64,000 bases of DNA from the NCBI GenBank assembly GCA_964016885.1, contig OZ024740.1:62620001-62684000 (forward strand), written 5' to 3'. Source of the stretch: Eledone cirrhosa. Taxonomy: Eukaryota. Positions within the stretch are counted from its first letter, which is position 1. Every line of letters starts with the position of its first letter. The notes beneath the pieces were generated by a model. The model did no database searches. It worked only from the letters and a program-made list of their open reading frames with translations, and was not told where the DNA came from. The position numbers and the translations under genes were made by a program. Positions 12,763 through 28,699 of this stretch are shown here, piece after piece.

Positions 12763-13955
12763 ACACTCATTGATCCATTTTGCACTAACTCTGCATCAAG
12801 CACCCTCACCTAAATATTAACCAATCAAGGATCCAATACAGCTATCTGTTGGATGAGTATTGTATAGTGCCAAAAACGAAACCAATCAGTTTAGCAGAAA
12901 GTTTCCAGACAAGAAACACGCATATTTTGCTATCCTCAAACACGTTTACACATGGCATGAAATATAACTAATCCGAGATGGCTAGGTTTCATCTTCTAAC
13001 TGGATATACGAAATCCATTATGTCTTGACAACAACATGAGGTAACATTATGTTATTCACAGACACACTTTGTACACTGTTCCATATCAGAATGTATTTCC
13101 TTCGTCACATTCACAAACAGTATTGAAAATATGTTCTTCGGCAAATAAAAATGTTTTGTTCATAATATTTCAACTAGCGATTGCTCTACTCCACGCACGA
13201 CCACCATAAATTAATGACCAGCTCAACACAAGTATTGGTAGAGCGTCAGACACCATGCTTTGCAGTATTGTTATGGTCCTTTGCATTCTAAGTTCAAATC
13301 CTGCCGAGGTTAACTTCGACTTTCATACTTACTAATTCGATAAAATAAAGTACCAGTAATGGACTGCCGTAATGGATTTGTGCCGAAAAATAGAAACACT
13401 ATTAATGTGCAATAAGAGCAAAATATAACGACATTGCTCAATTATTTTATCTAATGTTGTAATAACACAAGGAAATGTTGTTTGTGTATTTTTTTTTATA
13501 TTTGCTCATAGGCTTTTACAATTTCGCTCAGCCAACAACTATTAAAAAGTGAGTTGCTTAAGATAACAATTTAATCACAAATTGTTGTTATCTTTTAATA
13601 CACTCCAACAAGTCATCAAATTATGTACGATAAAAACAAATCTTATTAATTTGCTCAGGGAATATAAAGAAAATGTATATACACTGATAATTGCAATTGT
13701 ATGTAAATATTTTGTTTTTGTATTGTTTATTTTATGTTTTCTATTATGTATAATATATTGATTTAATATTGATTGTTTTTTTGTAGTTGTTTATATTAAA
13801 AGTCTGAAAATATTTTTATACATCTTACACTAATATTTATAAGATAATTTATAATAACAATTACATAATCTAATTACATTACAACGATAATTTATTATTA
13901 ATATATATCCTCTTTAACTAGAGTTATTACAAGCGTTGCCTTAAAAAAATATTAA

Positions 13956-14912
13956 ACTAGACATGAAAAATGCGCAAGCTCAAAAGTGCCACAGAATGTT
14001 ATAATAAACCTTCAAAAGTGTGGGACTAGAGTTGTTGCTAAAAAATATTGTAATCATTATATATCGTACATTCTGTGGCATCCTTTATAAAAATAGCTTA
14101 AACCAACGAAGCCTTTATTTTTACGCTATTTCACTTAGTTAATTCTTAGAGTGTAACATATAAAAATAAATACATCTATGTTTAATGTAATAACAGCTAT
14201 AAATAATTACGTAATATTATTATCATATACTCATAGTAACAAAATAATTGTGTTGAAAATGAATATGATGCTTATATGAACGATCAAATCTATAATGATA
14301 ATTTCTTAAATATACTAATAGTAAAATAATTTAGTTATCTATTGTTACATTTTCATAGAACTATAATATTAACAATCGCATTGCATTATCAAATTTTTAT
14401 CACTACAAACTTTCATATTGGAATTACCTTAAGCCACTTATTATTACTTCGCTTTCGTACTTTTACAGCTGTAGATATTGCGCTGTATCTTATATCTAAT
14501 ATCAATATCTCATGGTAATTTGCATGCAGTGTAAAATAGGTTTATTAATAACTTTAATATGAAATGTATTATACAGGGCTGCGGAGTCGGCCAAAAATTG
14601 ACTGGCTCCAACTCAGGATCCGATATTCCATTATTTCCTAAATTTCAGCTCCGCAGCTCTGTTATTATATTAATTAATTTATTTTATAGTTGTAAATCAT
14701 ATTTTTATATGTTACACTCTAAGAATTAACTAAGTGAAATAGCGTAAAAATAAAGGCTTCGTTGGTTTAACCTATTTTTATAAAGGATGCCACAGAATGT
14801 ACGATATATAATGATTACAATATTTTTTAGCAACAACTCTAGTCCCACACTTTTGAAGGTTTATTATAACATTCTGTGGCACTTTTGAGCTTGCGCATTT
14901 TTCATGTCTAGT
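13956..14912. repeat. Near-perfect 213-bp inverted repeat with ~530-bp spacer
   Basis: 13956-14168 vs 14700-14912, about 1 mismatch by eye; ACTAG/CTAGT ends. Confidence 0.9.
14574..14661. mobile_element. 88-bp hAT-like MITE
   Basis: TIR CAGGGCTGCGGAG / CTCCGCAGCTCTG; 8-bp TSD GTATTATA / TTATTATA. Confidence 0.7.
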
Positions 14913-14939
14913 ATATATATATATAACTTTGATAACTTT

Positions 14940-15240
14940 GTTAGGTTTCAGCCGGTATTAATTACGCCACCTGGATAGCATGGCCTATTCAAGTAGGGAG
15001 TTATTGTTTTCGGAGACATATCCGGGTATAGGGCTTATCCGAAATTTCTGGGAGGAATTTGTCCAAAGACGTTTTGAATTTTATGGGATCTCTTTCTGTT
15101 TTTATTTGTTTTGGTGAGAGCAGGACCAGTGGAGGTGAAATAATTGTGCCGTAACGTTGTTATGAGTTTGATTTTTGTTGTGGGTGGATAGCACGGGACC
15201 CAAGCCTTAGGTGTATTTTAAAGATGATGCCAACATCATT
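14940..15240 (-). mobile_element. CR1-like LINE 3' end
   Basis: Translation FKTSLDKFLPEI.DKP..PGYVSENNNSLLE. Confidence 0.6.
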
Positions 15241-16406
15241 TGGGCAATGATGATGGAATATTTTCCATATCATGCAGATAATGTAGATTTCACGGCGGCG
15301 TTGGAGAGAGTAGATTTTGAGCTTTTCTAGTCGACCCCAATAATCAATGAAAAGTCCAGAGAAAATACTGCAATGGCATTTTATCCGAGGCTATACCAAT
15401 TCTGTCAATTCCCCGCACTAATTATCAATAAAATATTGTTTTTTCTATTAGGTGCAAATCTATTTATCATACAATATATGACGGCGAGTTGATAGAGTAG
15501 TTAGTGAGTCAAATAGAGAATGCGTTGTGATGTTTTTTCAGGCTAGACAACCTGAAAAATACATAAATTCAAATCTAGTCGGAGACAACTTTGCTTTGTA
15601 TTCCCTCGTGGTCGATAAACAAAGTACCAGTTAAGTGCTAATGTCAATCATTCCCACCTGCCCCTCTTTTGTTTCTTTAACTTTCTCAAAAGGCTACATT
15701 GCGTTGTGAGAAACCATTCACAGTATTTGCTATATTAGATAGCAGGCTTTGTAGACATCTTTAGAGAGCCAGAAGAGTAAACCACTCTGCAAGAGCTGGT
15801 ATCTGAAGATAAGGACGACAAATATATTAAATCAGGCAGTATTGGTTTGAAATAGTATGTAGTGATGTTCGCCACTTCATGCTGTGATGTTTACCACAAA
15901 TATTTAAAATAAGATTAAAGTTCAACGGAACCTAAATTTGGATACGTTTTACTTCATTGAAGTGGTAAGAATATAGAAAATTGAAATGAAACGTGTTCTG
16001 TAGAAAAATCAAAATGGTATCTCGGACTCAATTCCCCATGTCTTACTCTTTGCTCTAAGACACCGATTTCCTATCAAATATTTGTTGACACCAATTCAAT
16101 GTAAATATGAACTTTGTTAACCTTATACAACTCTGACACACTGCATCCTAATGATCTAACAAACAGAATAATAAATACTAGCGTATTTTACAATTTCCAA
16201 TTGATTAACTACCCCAAAATAAAAAGAAATGTTCCAATTTGCAGGATTAATCAAACGGAAATCATCAGATTAATGGGACTTGGTTAATAACTTGTCTCAA
16301 AATGCCTAAAGGAACATAAAATATCTCACCGTGTTCCCGATGGAGATAAGTAATAAAACGACATAAAATATCTTGGTTCAAATTCTAATTTAAGAAGACA
16401 ATTTGG

Positions 16407-16606
16407 NNNNNNNNNNNNNNNNNNNNNNNNNNNNNNNNNNNNNNNNNNNNNNNNNNNNNNNNNNNNNNNNNNNNNNNNNNNNNNNNNNNNNNNNNNNNNN
16501 NNNNNNNNNNNNNNNNNNNNNNNNNNNNNNNNNNNNNNNNNNNNNNNNNNNNNNNNNNNNNNNNNNNNNNNNNNNNNNNNNNNNNNNNNNNNNNNNNNNN
16601 NNNNNN
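16407..16606. other. Assembly gap (200 N)
   Basis: N run. Confidence 1.
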
Positions 16607-17863
<1,257 letters not shown>

Positions 17864-17870
17864 AATTTTT

Positions 17871-17894
17871 TTCGGGAGAAATCATCAGGAAGCC

Positions 17895-17897
<3 letters not shown>
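17871..17897 (-). ncRNA. 5' half of the family B hammerhead motif
   Basis: Reverse complement reads GTCGGCTTC-CTGATGA-TTTCTCCCGAA; lies between simple repeats. Confidence 0.55.
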
Positions 17898-17951
<54 letters not shown>

Positions 17952-20384
17952 AGAGAGAGAGAGAGAGAGAGGGGAGGTGGGGTAGTTTGGTGATGAAAAT
18001 TCGTATTAGATTCCTCTTCGTTGAAGGATTCTGGCCAAACGTTAGTCTTCTCTACTCCGCAGCAAAATAATTTATTCCATTTCACGAATTTATTCTAAAG
18101 AGATTTAGCCAATCATTGTAAAAAAAAAAAAGCAGAAGCCTCGTATAACTGATTTCTAATTTTCATCAAGATGATAATTTTTTCTTGGTGTAATTAACGT
18201 ATGTTGCGTCATCTTGAAAGTCGTTGGAGTGTTAGATATTTGTTCCGGGTCTCTGTCTTCTGTCAGTTCAAATGCCACCGAAATCCACTTCACCTTTCAT
18301 CTTTTCCGTGTTTTCTTCCATCTGTCACATTTTGGATATTTCACTGCATCGAAGGAAGGTGGGGGATAAGAAGGTAGCTGTGCCTGCTTATGACTGCATG
18401 GGTATCTAAAACCTGAAACCATGGTGCATACTACCAAGTTATACTCAATTGTGAGTGACGGCTGCAGTAGTTACGTTTTGAGATGACGAAACGAGGCTTC
18501 TAACTGCTGATGTCGTTTCGCGAGGATATTTCCGGAAGACGATTCCATTAATCATATAGTGAAGAAGGCATCGTTAACGAAAACGTAAATTAAGAAATTC
18601 TATTAGCAACACTTGTGCAGGATATACACCGATTTACTGAAAGCAATGAAATATGTTTTGTGGGTATGTATAATTTAACGATAACATAAATATAGTGGAA
18701 ATAAGAAAGCGAATAGAGAACCGGACTTCATACTTTTCTATAGTGGGATTGATTTTGGTTTTTAGAGTCGATGAAATAAACACTAATGATATACCTGAGA
18801 TTGCATGGATAGCCGAGATGCCTTTCGGATGAGAGATTGACTTTTTGTATGCAGATATAGACATTACATTGTGTCTATAGCTAAGATATATAACTCTCAA
18901 ATGTTTCAGTCAACCTAGCTTATTCAACAGATACTGTTGAATAGAAACAACTTCCCGCCCCTAAGTAGTGGTGGCATTGTAGACTTGACAAGTGGTCCGT
19001 TAGCTGACAACAAAGAAAATATTCCAGCTTATTTTTCTTTAAGATGATGCTTCTCAGACAACAAATCTGGGAGACTTTCTGGTGATATACTTAAATCGAT
19101 TGCAGAAGTTACGGTGTCCGAAAAACGTTAAATATTTTATAACTTATGAAATGTTTCAGTATAAGAGGTAATAGAATCCGAATGCAAAACGTAGGATCTC
19201 TATTTTAAGTCCGTAATGTTACACACGAAAACATCCCATATTTGTCAATGTATGTAAATCTACCAACCAAGTTCATTTGTCTAATTTATCTATCATATTG
19301 TTTGGGATCGGATTTACTCAAAGCTCCGATGCAACTCTTCGGCAGAAAAACTGTAATTTGAAGAGCCTTCCGTATCTTAATTCCCAAAGTGACCAGTTTT
19401 TCATCACTGATGGTCTAACATTCTTGGCTGAGACATACCGACTGGACACGGCCGACCAGAAGTCAAAATGCCACAGTACAATGCGTCTAATTGAGCTGAA
19501 GTCACATATTTTGAATTTAAAGAGTTACTCAAGTTTCGTATCCATACAGGGAAGTCGTCTTTGTTAAACAGTTAAAACTGTTTAAAATTACTATGACGCT
19601 GCTTCTAATTAGCACTAGTTGTGAACGAAGACTTTCCTAAGTTGCTTATGGTCAAGACTTACATAAGGAAATCCATAGTGGTCAACTGATCGGTCAATAT
19701 AGGCACAATTGCTACGAATAGACAATGTGCAGAAAATATGATCCTTGAAGACATCATCGTTTGTTTCAAAGCAAAACACACAAATAGGAGAATTGCCGTT
19801 TTATTTATTTCTGCTATTGAAACTCATAATACATGTCATCTTTTATGTCATAATATTTTTATTTATTGTATCTTTGAGAAGTGATTTTCAATTTCATTTA
19901 TTATACAAAAACTCCTTTTATTACTTATATTAGAATTTAAGTTCAAATCCTACCGATGCCAACTTCGCCTTTCAACCTTCTGGGGTCAATAGAATAAAGT
20001 ACCAATCATGTACTGAGCTCGATATAATCGACTTTCCCCTTCCATAAAAGTTTTGACCTTGTGCTTATGTTAGAAACAATTACTTATATAAAACGTTGCT
20101 TGGCCTCATAGATTTCTGAGCAAACTTTGCTCAGGTTCGCACAAAACGCTTTCACCTCCTCTGAGCACTGTTAATTTGGTGAGTGATTATTGCCGTTTAA
20201 TGTCATGTATAAGCCATCCTGTGGGCTTAGTATGCTATGGAAAACCACTGCAATGGATTTCTCAATTAAATAATATCGTGTTTTGTTTGTTGCTCGAAAT
20301 ACTCAATAGAACTACAAACCGAACCAACACGTGGACCTCTACTACTCTTTCTAGCTGATCAGGTGACTGTGTAGAGTCTATATG

Positions 20385-20585
20385 GTCACCTAATCAGCTA
20401 GAAAGAGAAGCCAATTTTCCTTCAAATCACACCCAACGCTTTGAAAAAAGGAGGTGGATAATGTAGTCCTATATAAATATATAAATACGGGATGGCCACA
20501 ACTGGAATACCTTTGATTTTATGTCCGACTGATCAGGGTTGTCATGGAGCTAAGCAATAACAAGATTAACCAAAACAACAAAAAT
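20385..20585 (+). mobile_element. 3' part of a further SINE-like family with an (AAC)n-like tail
   Basis: Related fragments at about 22720-22870 (-), 24110-24180 and 59590-59670 (-). Confidence 0.5.
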
Positions 20586-23500
20586 GTTGGCCATTGTTGT
20601 GGATTTCCTTAGTTCTCACCTTATATTTCAAAAGACTTCAACTTTAAGAAATTTGCGTCTATCAATTTTAGAAAATTGGATAGACGCAAAAAAAAAAAAA
20701 ATAAATAAAAAAAAGTTCCAAATCTGTATACAAGTGAATTATATTGTAGAAGAAAATGTCAATATAATATGAGAAAATAATAGAATCAGATTTGAAAATC
20801 ACTCTTATTCCGTCTAAGAAATATTTGTAAATATAAAAAAAAATTTTTTCTCATTGAAAAAGAAATTCATTGTATTTATTGAATCAAGGATAAAAACAAA
20901 ACACAAAAAAACCTCTCCAATTTCACCATTGTGAAGGAATATCGTAAACAACAGTAGCGCCCTAAAAGTATTTATTATATTCGGAAGCCGCATAGATTCC
21001 ACTGGAAGACAACTAAGAATTGGTTTCATATTTCTTAGAAGAAAATATATTTTTAATCTATAAAACCACTTCTGTGATATTTATTCATTTAACAAAGTAT
21101 ATTCTATTTTCAAAAATTCATAAATGCATCGTTTATATTCTAACTGATTTTGTTGTCAGAAATATCGACGATATATTGAAAATATATATTTTGTTCTTCA
21201 CTACTTTTTTATACTAAATCTTTTTATTAAAATAAATATCTATTTATTTTTGTTTTTCGTAATAACAAATATATAATACATTAAGCATTATTTCTTTTTT
21301 AAATCAACGCTTAGCTATAGGACTTCTGTAAAACAAAATAATTAGTAGGTAATATAAAAATGATATGGCGTTGTGTTTATTGAGAGATTTCTAATATTTT
21401 TGATTTACATAAATTCAAGACAGTTGTATTTTTAAATGAAACAAGATTTGATTAACATAAAACATCATAAGGTCATTCTTTGAACAGTTGTGTTGTGTGC
21501 GTTCATTAATGTAAATTTGTAGAGGGGGGAGAAAGAGAGGAGGGGAGTGTTGTCATGTCGTCCGAGTCACACTGACAGAGTCCTATGACAACAGAAACAT
21601 CTCTAAAGACTGTCGATCTAAACGGGATTTATTTAGAAGTTGAATTCTCCCGCATGTCCTAGTGGTTAGTGCGTTGAACTCACGAGCATAAGGTAGTGGG
21701 TTCGATTTCTGGACCTGGCAGCGCATTGCATTCTTTAGCAAAATACTTTATTTAAAGCTGTTCCTTCTGCCAGAAGTTGCGACTGGTAGATAGTTCACTC
21801 CAATCCAGAAACCCTTCCCTGGTTGACCTCCAACACTTTCTATTTGGTTTTGGTCATGTCAGAAGTGTAGACGTACTCACCACGCTTGGCTAATTGCGGG
21901 TTGGTGAGGATATTTAACTCATAGAATCAGTAATGAAAAGATCAATGGAAACATTATTTCCTTGGTCCAATGGTTTTTTTCCTTTTCCTCTCGCGAAAGT
22001 GGGATCATGTCAGACAGACTATTCTAGAACGTTCTTTATTATGACAAAAACTACAAGGAAGACGGCAACAAGTATTTTTGATCTGTCCACAGCAGATTTG
22101 AGATGGATTAACAATAAATACAGACAATGAGTGTTTCAGAAATCGTTGGCCAGGTAACTCATTTCTGAATTGAAAGACACTAAGTTCGAATCTTACCTGC
22201 TACAAAGTAAACGCTTGAATATGGATAATTGTTGTTCTTTGTGAAAAGATTAATTTTATTTTTTGTTTTCGATTCATTGAAAGGCGGCGGAGAGTATAAC
22301 AATTAACTGTTTCCAAAGAGTTTATTCTCAAAAGTGGCGAATAGGCAAAGTCGTTACGGCTTCGGATTAAAAAATATCACGATATTTGTTCAGATTCCCT
22401 AAGCTTTAATTTTAAACCCCGCCAAGGTTTATTTTGCCATTCCTCCTTTCGAGGTCGATAAATAAAGTACCGATCCAATAATGCCGTCTATTCTTTCTCT
22501 ATCTCATAAAAAAAAAGAAATCAGTTGTGTTTTGACCCAGCTAGCTAGATTTAAAATGCTCAAGACATACCGAATATAAGGATGACGCCCCCACGTTTCC
22601 ATCAAGAGTTAAGAGATCTTTATTATATATTTTATTTATTATTATCAGGCAATGATTTCAACAAGGAGTCTAAATCTGCTTTGTAGTTTCAGTTTTTTGT
22701 CGTAATTTGGTTCAGTGCCTGTCTTGTCTCAACTGACCTATGATCAGTGGCATTCAAATCATGACCGTCTTTATAGAAGTAGGTAAGATAACATTATCTA
22801 AGGTGACCTTTCCTGTTTTGAAGACTGCAAGTTGAGCTTTGAGAAAATCTGGTTGTAATTTGTATAGCAGTCCATCGACAAGCTGTCAATTAGAAGCGAT
22901 GGTTAATAGAAAACACAAAGGAAAAATAAATATTCAGCGTTCGTCTTTGGATATATTTACACTGATGATATTATCGCACTTCGAACAAAAAGAAAATTGT
23001 TGAAATGGAGACAAATTTTCTGTCGAATTCTAGATACAATACTTTAATTTGGTAAAATGTATGTGGGAATGTGTTGTTACTAAAAGTTTTACTAAAATTG
23101 GGAATATAATTAATTTTTTTACAAACATTCTTCTTATTTAATCATTTTCATTTTTGTTTGATTTTTGTGTAGTTGCTTTCATTATCAACTTTTTCTTTGA
23201 GGGGCGTTGTCTCTATGTCTCGTAGCCATTTTAAGAAAATGTAAACAAAAGCATATTAAAAAACACACAGGTTAAAAAAAGTAAGTAAAAAGAAACTCCC
23301 TACATCTGTATTTAAACGCCCATAAGAAACGACAGCAAAATAAATATTCAATTCTTTGAAAAAACTCAAACAATTAAATCCAAACAAGAATGACACGTAA
23401 ACATATTTCGCCAACGCAACATGATCCAATTGAATTAAGGGAAATAACTTGAGGATACTAATAGCATAAATTTAGATTATTAATGAAGTGAAAAAGGAAA

Positions 23501-23944
23501 GAAGAGAAGCCAATACGCATAACAGATCCAGGAAACTGTTTCCGTTGGTCTTTCTATCGGTCGTAATTTCTGGCAGAATTTGAACACAGAGCACAAGAAC
23601 ATTTCGCAAAGTATTTAATCCAAGACTGTAACGACTTTGCCAGTTTATCACCTTGGTGTCTTCAACTGAAGATTGAATCTGTCGTTGCCTCAGTTTTCAG
23701 CGAGTTTTAGTGAATAATATTCTAACTGAAACTTAACTGTTGTAAAGGAGTTTAGATAGGCAGCAAATTGGAAGAGTCATTAGGACGTCGGATATAATGC
23801 TTTGCAGTATTCGTCCAGGCTTTTTGATCTCTGAGTTTAAATCCCACCGAAGTCAACTTCGCTTTTCACCCTTTTGAGGTCGGTAAATAAAATACCAGTT
23901 CAGACTGGGTCGAACCTCTCCCCTGTTTCTCTCTCATTCACTCA

Positions 23945-23975
<31 letters not shown>

Positions 23976-24756
23976 GGAAGAAATTGGTTGTACTAAGAAG
24001 TTAATGGTGTAAAATAAAGTATTTTAAAGAAAGAAGTGATAAGAGTATAGTAGCAAATTTCAATTAATTACGATAACCAAGAGTCAATATAGGAGGCTTC
24101 GACACAATCGAACGACTGGTTGGAAATAGCAACCAAATCTCTCTCAAATCACACCCTACAGTTATGAAAAAGGGACACGTATATAATTCTTTCATTGTTT
24201 GGTCTGGAGGAATGGTAGTGCCTCCAGGACAGGCAGGAAGAAGGCATCTTCAAACCGGAAACCTTATCTGAAAGTATCCCAAAAGTAGGTGGCGGTGTTA
24301 AACTATACTAACTGAGCTATGACATGATTTGAACTCAGAACACAACAAGCTGGAACCGCAAATCATCCAATCCAATGCTCTAACGATTCCAGTACTCTGC
24401 CGCTCTAAATTCGCACTTTATTCATCGATCATGGAAGGACAGGATTTGAACTTAGAATACAAAGAATCGGATTAAATAGTGCAAAGTATTTCGTCTGATC
24501 CTTTACATTTCCGCCAATTTGCTGCCTAAAGCTGTATCCAAAAGGGGCAGGAATGCCGTGGCTCGGACGCTTTTGATCACAAGTCTGTTTGATCAAGTTA
24601 CCCTGACATCGCCACGACGTTCAGAAGAGCACTGTAATATGAATGAACATAAGCGGTTGGCTATAGAACAATATGCGTTAGATTTTTCAAATTAGGATAT
24701 TCTTATGCCTTCTAGGAAATATTATTTAAATGTTTTAAAATTATTTAAATAATATA

Positions 24757-24938
24757 GTGGTGGATTAGCAATATCGGTAGAGGGTCGGACGCCTTGCTTT
24801 GCAGCAACGAGTTACGGTCCTTTGTGGTTTGAGTTCAAATCCCGCCGAGGTTAACTTTGCCTTTCATTCTTACGGGGTCGATAAATAAAGTACACAGGGA
24901 TAATTGCTGGCTTTGTGCCAAAAGTAAAAACAATTATT
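24757..24938 (+). mobile_element. Main SINE copy
   Basis: Consensus match. Confidence 0.88.
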
Positions 24939-27900
24939 TGAATGTTTTTGTTTTTTGAGAAGTAAACGTTTTCGTAAGAAAAATCTCATTAAAGTACTAC
25001 ACTTTTGATAACATAATGGCGTATTGACGCCAACAACCTATACAAATTAAAAACACGTAGAAGCTCTCCAAATAAACATGGAAATATTTGAAACATTCAT
25101 TTAATCTAACACGAAATGTCAAATTTCGGAAATTCAGTAGCAGTTTCCAGAGCCACAGTAAATGACAGATGTACGGTTAGTTGTCACCTTTCCTTAATTG
25201 AATATATTTAATATTATTAGATGGCAAAAATAACTCGAATTCAAGAACTGATTTTTATAACTATCTGTATAAAGCAAGGTTTCTACTGCGCAACTCTCAA
25301 TGAAGGAACGCCATGGAATTCTAACGAGAAGTATCTCTCTTTCTCTTTTTTCCCTCTCCCTCTATAAAACATATTCGATTACTTTATCTTTTTTTTTTCT
25401 TTATTCTTTTTGTTTTTCGATGTTTGACTTTGGTGTTCTTTCTTTTCAGCTACTCTTTCTTTTCTTGGTGTATTGAGCAAACAGAGCGGCGACGCAGAAA
25501 GTTTGTTATATTTTTATGTATGAGCCTATGAATACACTTAACCAGTAATTGACTCATTGAAAACATGTAACCAACATCGCTATTGTTCAATGTGATATGA
25601 AATAAATAAATAACCTTCTTAGATGTATTTTGTTGAAAAGAGGCATGCTGATTGGATGATCCAACAACGTTTCCATTCACTTATTGAAAGAAAGAGAATT
25701 TACTATTATATAATAAAGACATTGATTACATGACGCAAAGTTTGTAGTTGTCATGCGATATACATTTTCGCTAAACGGAACGACAGTATCCTTAATAGTT
25801 ATTGGGGAAATATGCATTGTAGGTTGTAATAAGCAAAAGTAATTTTCTCTAAAACCAAGCAAAATATTTATTAGTTCATGTTAGAGGTTTCTAATTATCT
25901 AAATTATATCACAAGATGACTTCCTCGAAAATAACCTTTCAAATCGGGAGTGGTGAGCCATCACATCTCAGTCCGACAAAATTCTATAGCTATCTAACAT
26001 AATTCACACTTAGTTAATTAGTCACTGTAGTATTCCTTAGAATCGCTATCAATTTCATTGTCGTATATTTTAGATGGAATTTGGATTCTGTTTTTATTTA
26101 GTAGTATATCAAACAATGGCTTTGGATAAATTAAGATGTCTCATAAAGTATATGTTGTCTTCTAGCTACTGCTCTATGTAGTACTTTTATAGATGTGTAA
26201 TGAATACACTATGATAAATATAAACAAATGCTTGCTTATAGACAGAAAAAAGATAGATTGACTTAACCTGGTTTTTATAATATAGGGACCTTTCTCAGAG
26301 GCTACAAACTTTGCTTTTTCTACTCACAGAAAGATATTGAGCCAAGAGCTAATATTTATAGCCAATGGATTAGATGGCTACGCTAAACTGGTCAATCCGA
26401 TTTGCATAAAAGTACTATGTGATTAACATATTCAATTGATTAATTATTAATAGTCAAACAATAGATTTGAGTAACATGAAATGCACCACAGCTATATCTT
26501 GTATTCTAGCAATCGCTGTCTTTTTTTATTTGTGACGAAATCTAGATATGCTTTGGCCTGGGTCAGACTTTGAAATTAAAACAATGAATACACTATGGCA
26601 CGTGCATAAATAATCCTAAGCTGGCTACGAGGCTTCTGAGGGAAGTCCCAACAAGGACCGAAATAATTTTTTGTGTTCACGGAAGGATTAATAAGTAGTC
26701 AATTGTTTGCATTCATCATATTGTATTCATTACATGTACAGATTCAGTGATACGAGAACACAATATATGCTGCGATCTGCAGTAAGGCGTGAGACTTGCA
26801 TTACTGTTATGTTATGAGTGAGAAGTGAGCCTGCATATTTGTCAACTCATTGCTGACGTAATCTTTTTCTGACTTTGAAGTCTGAGCACTTTGTGTTGTA
26901 AGCCAGTTAGATATTTACTAGAGTCACCAAACCTAATATGGTACGTATCAAGATTGTGTTTCATTAAAAAAAAAAAATATTGCTAATGTAATCCCTTCTA
27001 GCATAGACACAATACCACAAATTGGAGAGAGAAAGAGAAAGAAAGAGAGAAAGAGAGAGAGAGAAAGAAAGAGAGAAAGAGAGAAAGAGAGAGAGAGAGT
27101 TAGTCGATGAAATCGGCCCCAGTATTCCCTATTCCCATGATGTTTTATTCTATCGACCCTGTAAGGATGAAAGGCACTAATTATTCAATGGGATATTCTA
27201 GCGGTTCTGCCAATGCACCCCCCTCAAGAATAATAGTTTTTAATTTAGGCACAATGCCAGACATTTTGATGACAATGGAAAGTCTAGTATATCGACCCAG
27301 TACTTAATTTGTACTTTATTTTATCAATCTTGGAAATATGAAAGGAAACTTTGACCTAGGTGGGATTTGAACTCAGAATATATAGAGAAGAAGCAAATAC
27401 CATAAAACCTTTTTACCGACTCTCAAATGATTTTGCTAATTCTCTCCCCTTTTCTGTTATAATGGTATCTAACATAGGTACAAGTCCAGCAATTTTGGCG
27501 GAAGGTAAAGTCGATTAAGTCGACCACATCCTTAAGGATGAAAGGCAAAGCTGACCTAAGCGAGATTCGAACTAAGAGCTTAAAGAAATGCCGCAACATA
27601 TTTCTTCCAGCGCTACTGGTATTTCCAACTCACCGCTCTCATTTCTGCTATTAAAATAATATAGTTGAATTTCCCTGAGATTTTGCTGCTGCTGCTGCTA
27701 CAACCGCCGCCGCCGCCGCTGTTTTTATAAATAGTTGCTGCTTTTATAAATAATTAATAATCTGTTCTCTCTGATAATTCTGTCAGAGAGAACAGATTTA
27801 AAGATGGCTTTAAACTAGCTTCTCTCTTGGATTATTCTAAATTCACTACAACAGGAAGTAGCGCATTACAAATACCGAGATATCTTCAGATCGTAGACCT

Positions 27901-28129
27901 GATCCAAATGCTTGTATCATGGTAGACTCTACTAAAGACAATCGTGGATCAGGTTGTTGTGTTTACATGGGTGACATAAAATCTACTACATAAAAACAAC
28001 TATAGTACCCCGATTAGTTTCCGCTGAGTTTTCGTCCATCGGACGAGTTTTCGTTCAATTTACGTTAGTCCGATTTATTTGCGTTTAGTTTTTGTCTACC
28101 AAACGAGTTTCATTCAATTTTAATCTTCT

Positions 28130-28230
28130 CTATCCACATGGATGGGATGAAGAAAAATCTTGACCTGGTTACAACATTCTCAAAGGATATAGGAATGGAG
28201 TTTGGCCAAGATAAATGCTCATACATGGTA
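28130..28230 (+). mobile_element. R4/Dong-like LINE RT fragment
   Basis: Translation LVTTFSKDIGMEFGQDKC. Confidence 0.55.
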
Positions 28231-28699
28231 GTGCCTCCAGGACATTTTGGGTTAACCTACTATCTGGTGTTTTGGTAGAAAACACATGTCTGGGGTGCTA
28301 CGCACTGGAATCGAACCCAGACCACCATGATTACAAAGTAAACTTCTTGAACATATGACCATAAATGGGCTCATAAAATGAGAAAATGATATCATCATCA
28401 GAATGGGATGCAAATCTATCGCAGATATCTGTTCGGGAAGACGGAATTGAATTCAACACCGCAATCCAATGTTAAGTTAATGTTAAGTTAATGCTGCCAC
28501 AGCCAACATTAAGTTTATAATGATGCCGATACTCCTGACAGGGAGATACGTGTTACGCCAGACCGAAAGAGAAAAGGGGCAAAGAATACACATTACATGT
28601 TGCTTGTAAAACTATCACTTGTTTGCAAATAGTAAAACAGAGCAATATTTAAGGATGCTGCTTAATAATATTGAGTTAGACGTGGAAAAATTAGTCTCG

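Noticed and set aside
18600-19700. Possible hAT/GTF2IRD2-like transposase relic
   Set aside because: Motifs too degraded to support by eye
20814-21029. Possible PIF1/Helitron helicase remnants here and near 37700-37800
   Set aside because: Only short, frameshifted resemblance
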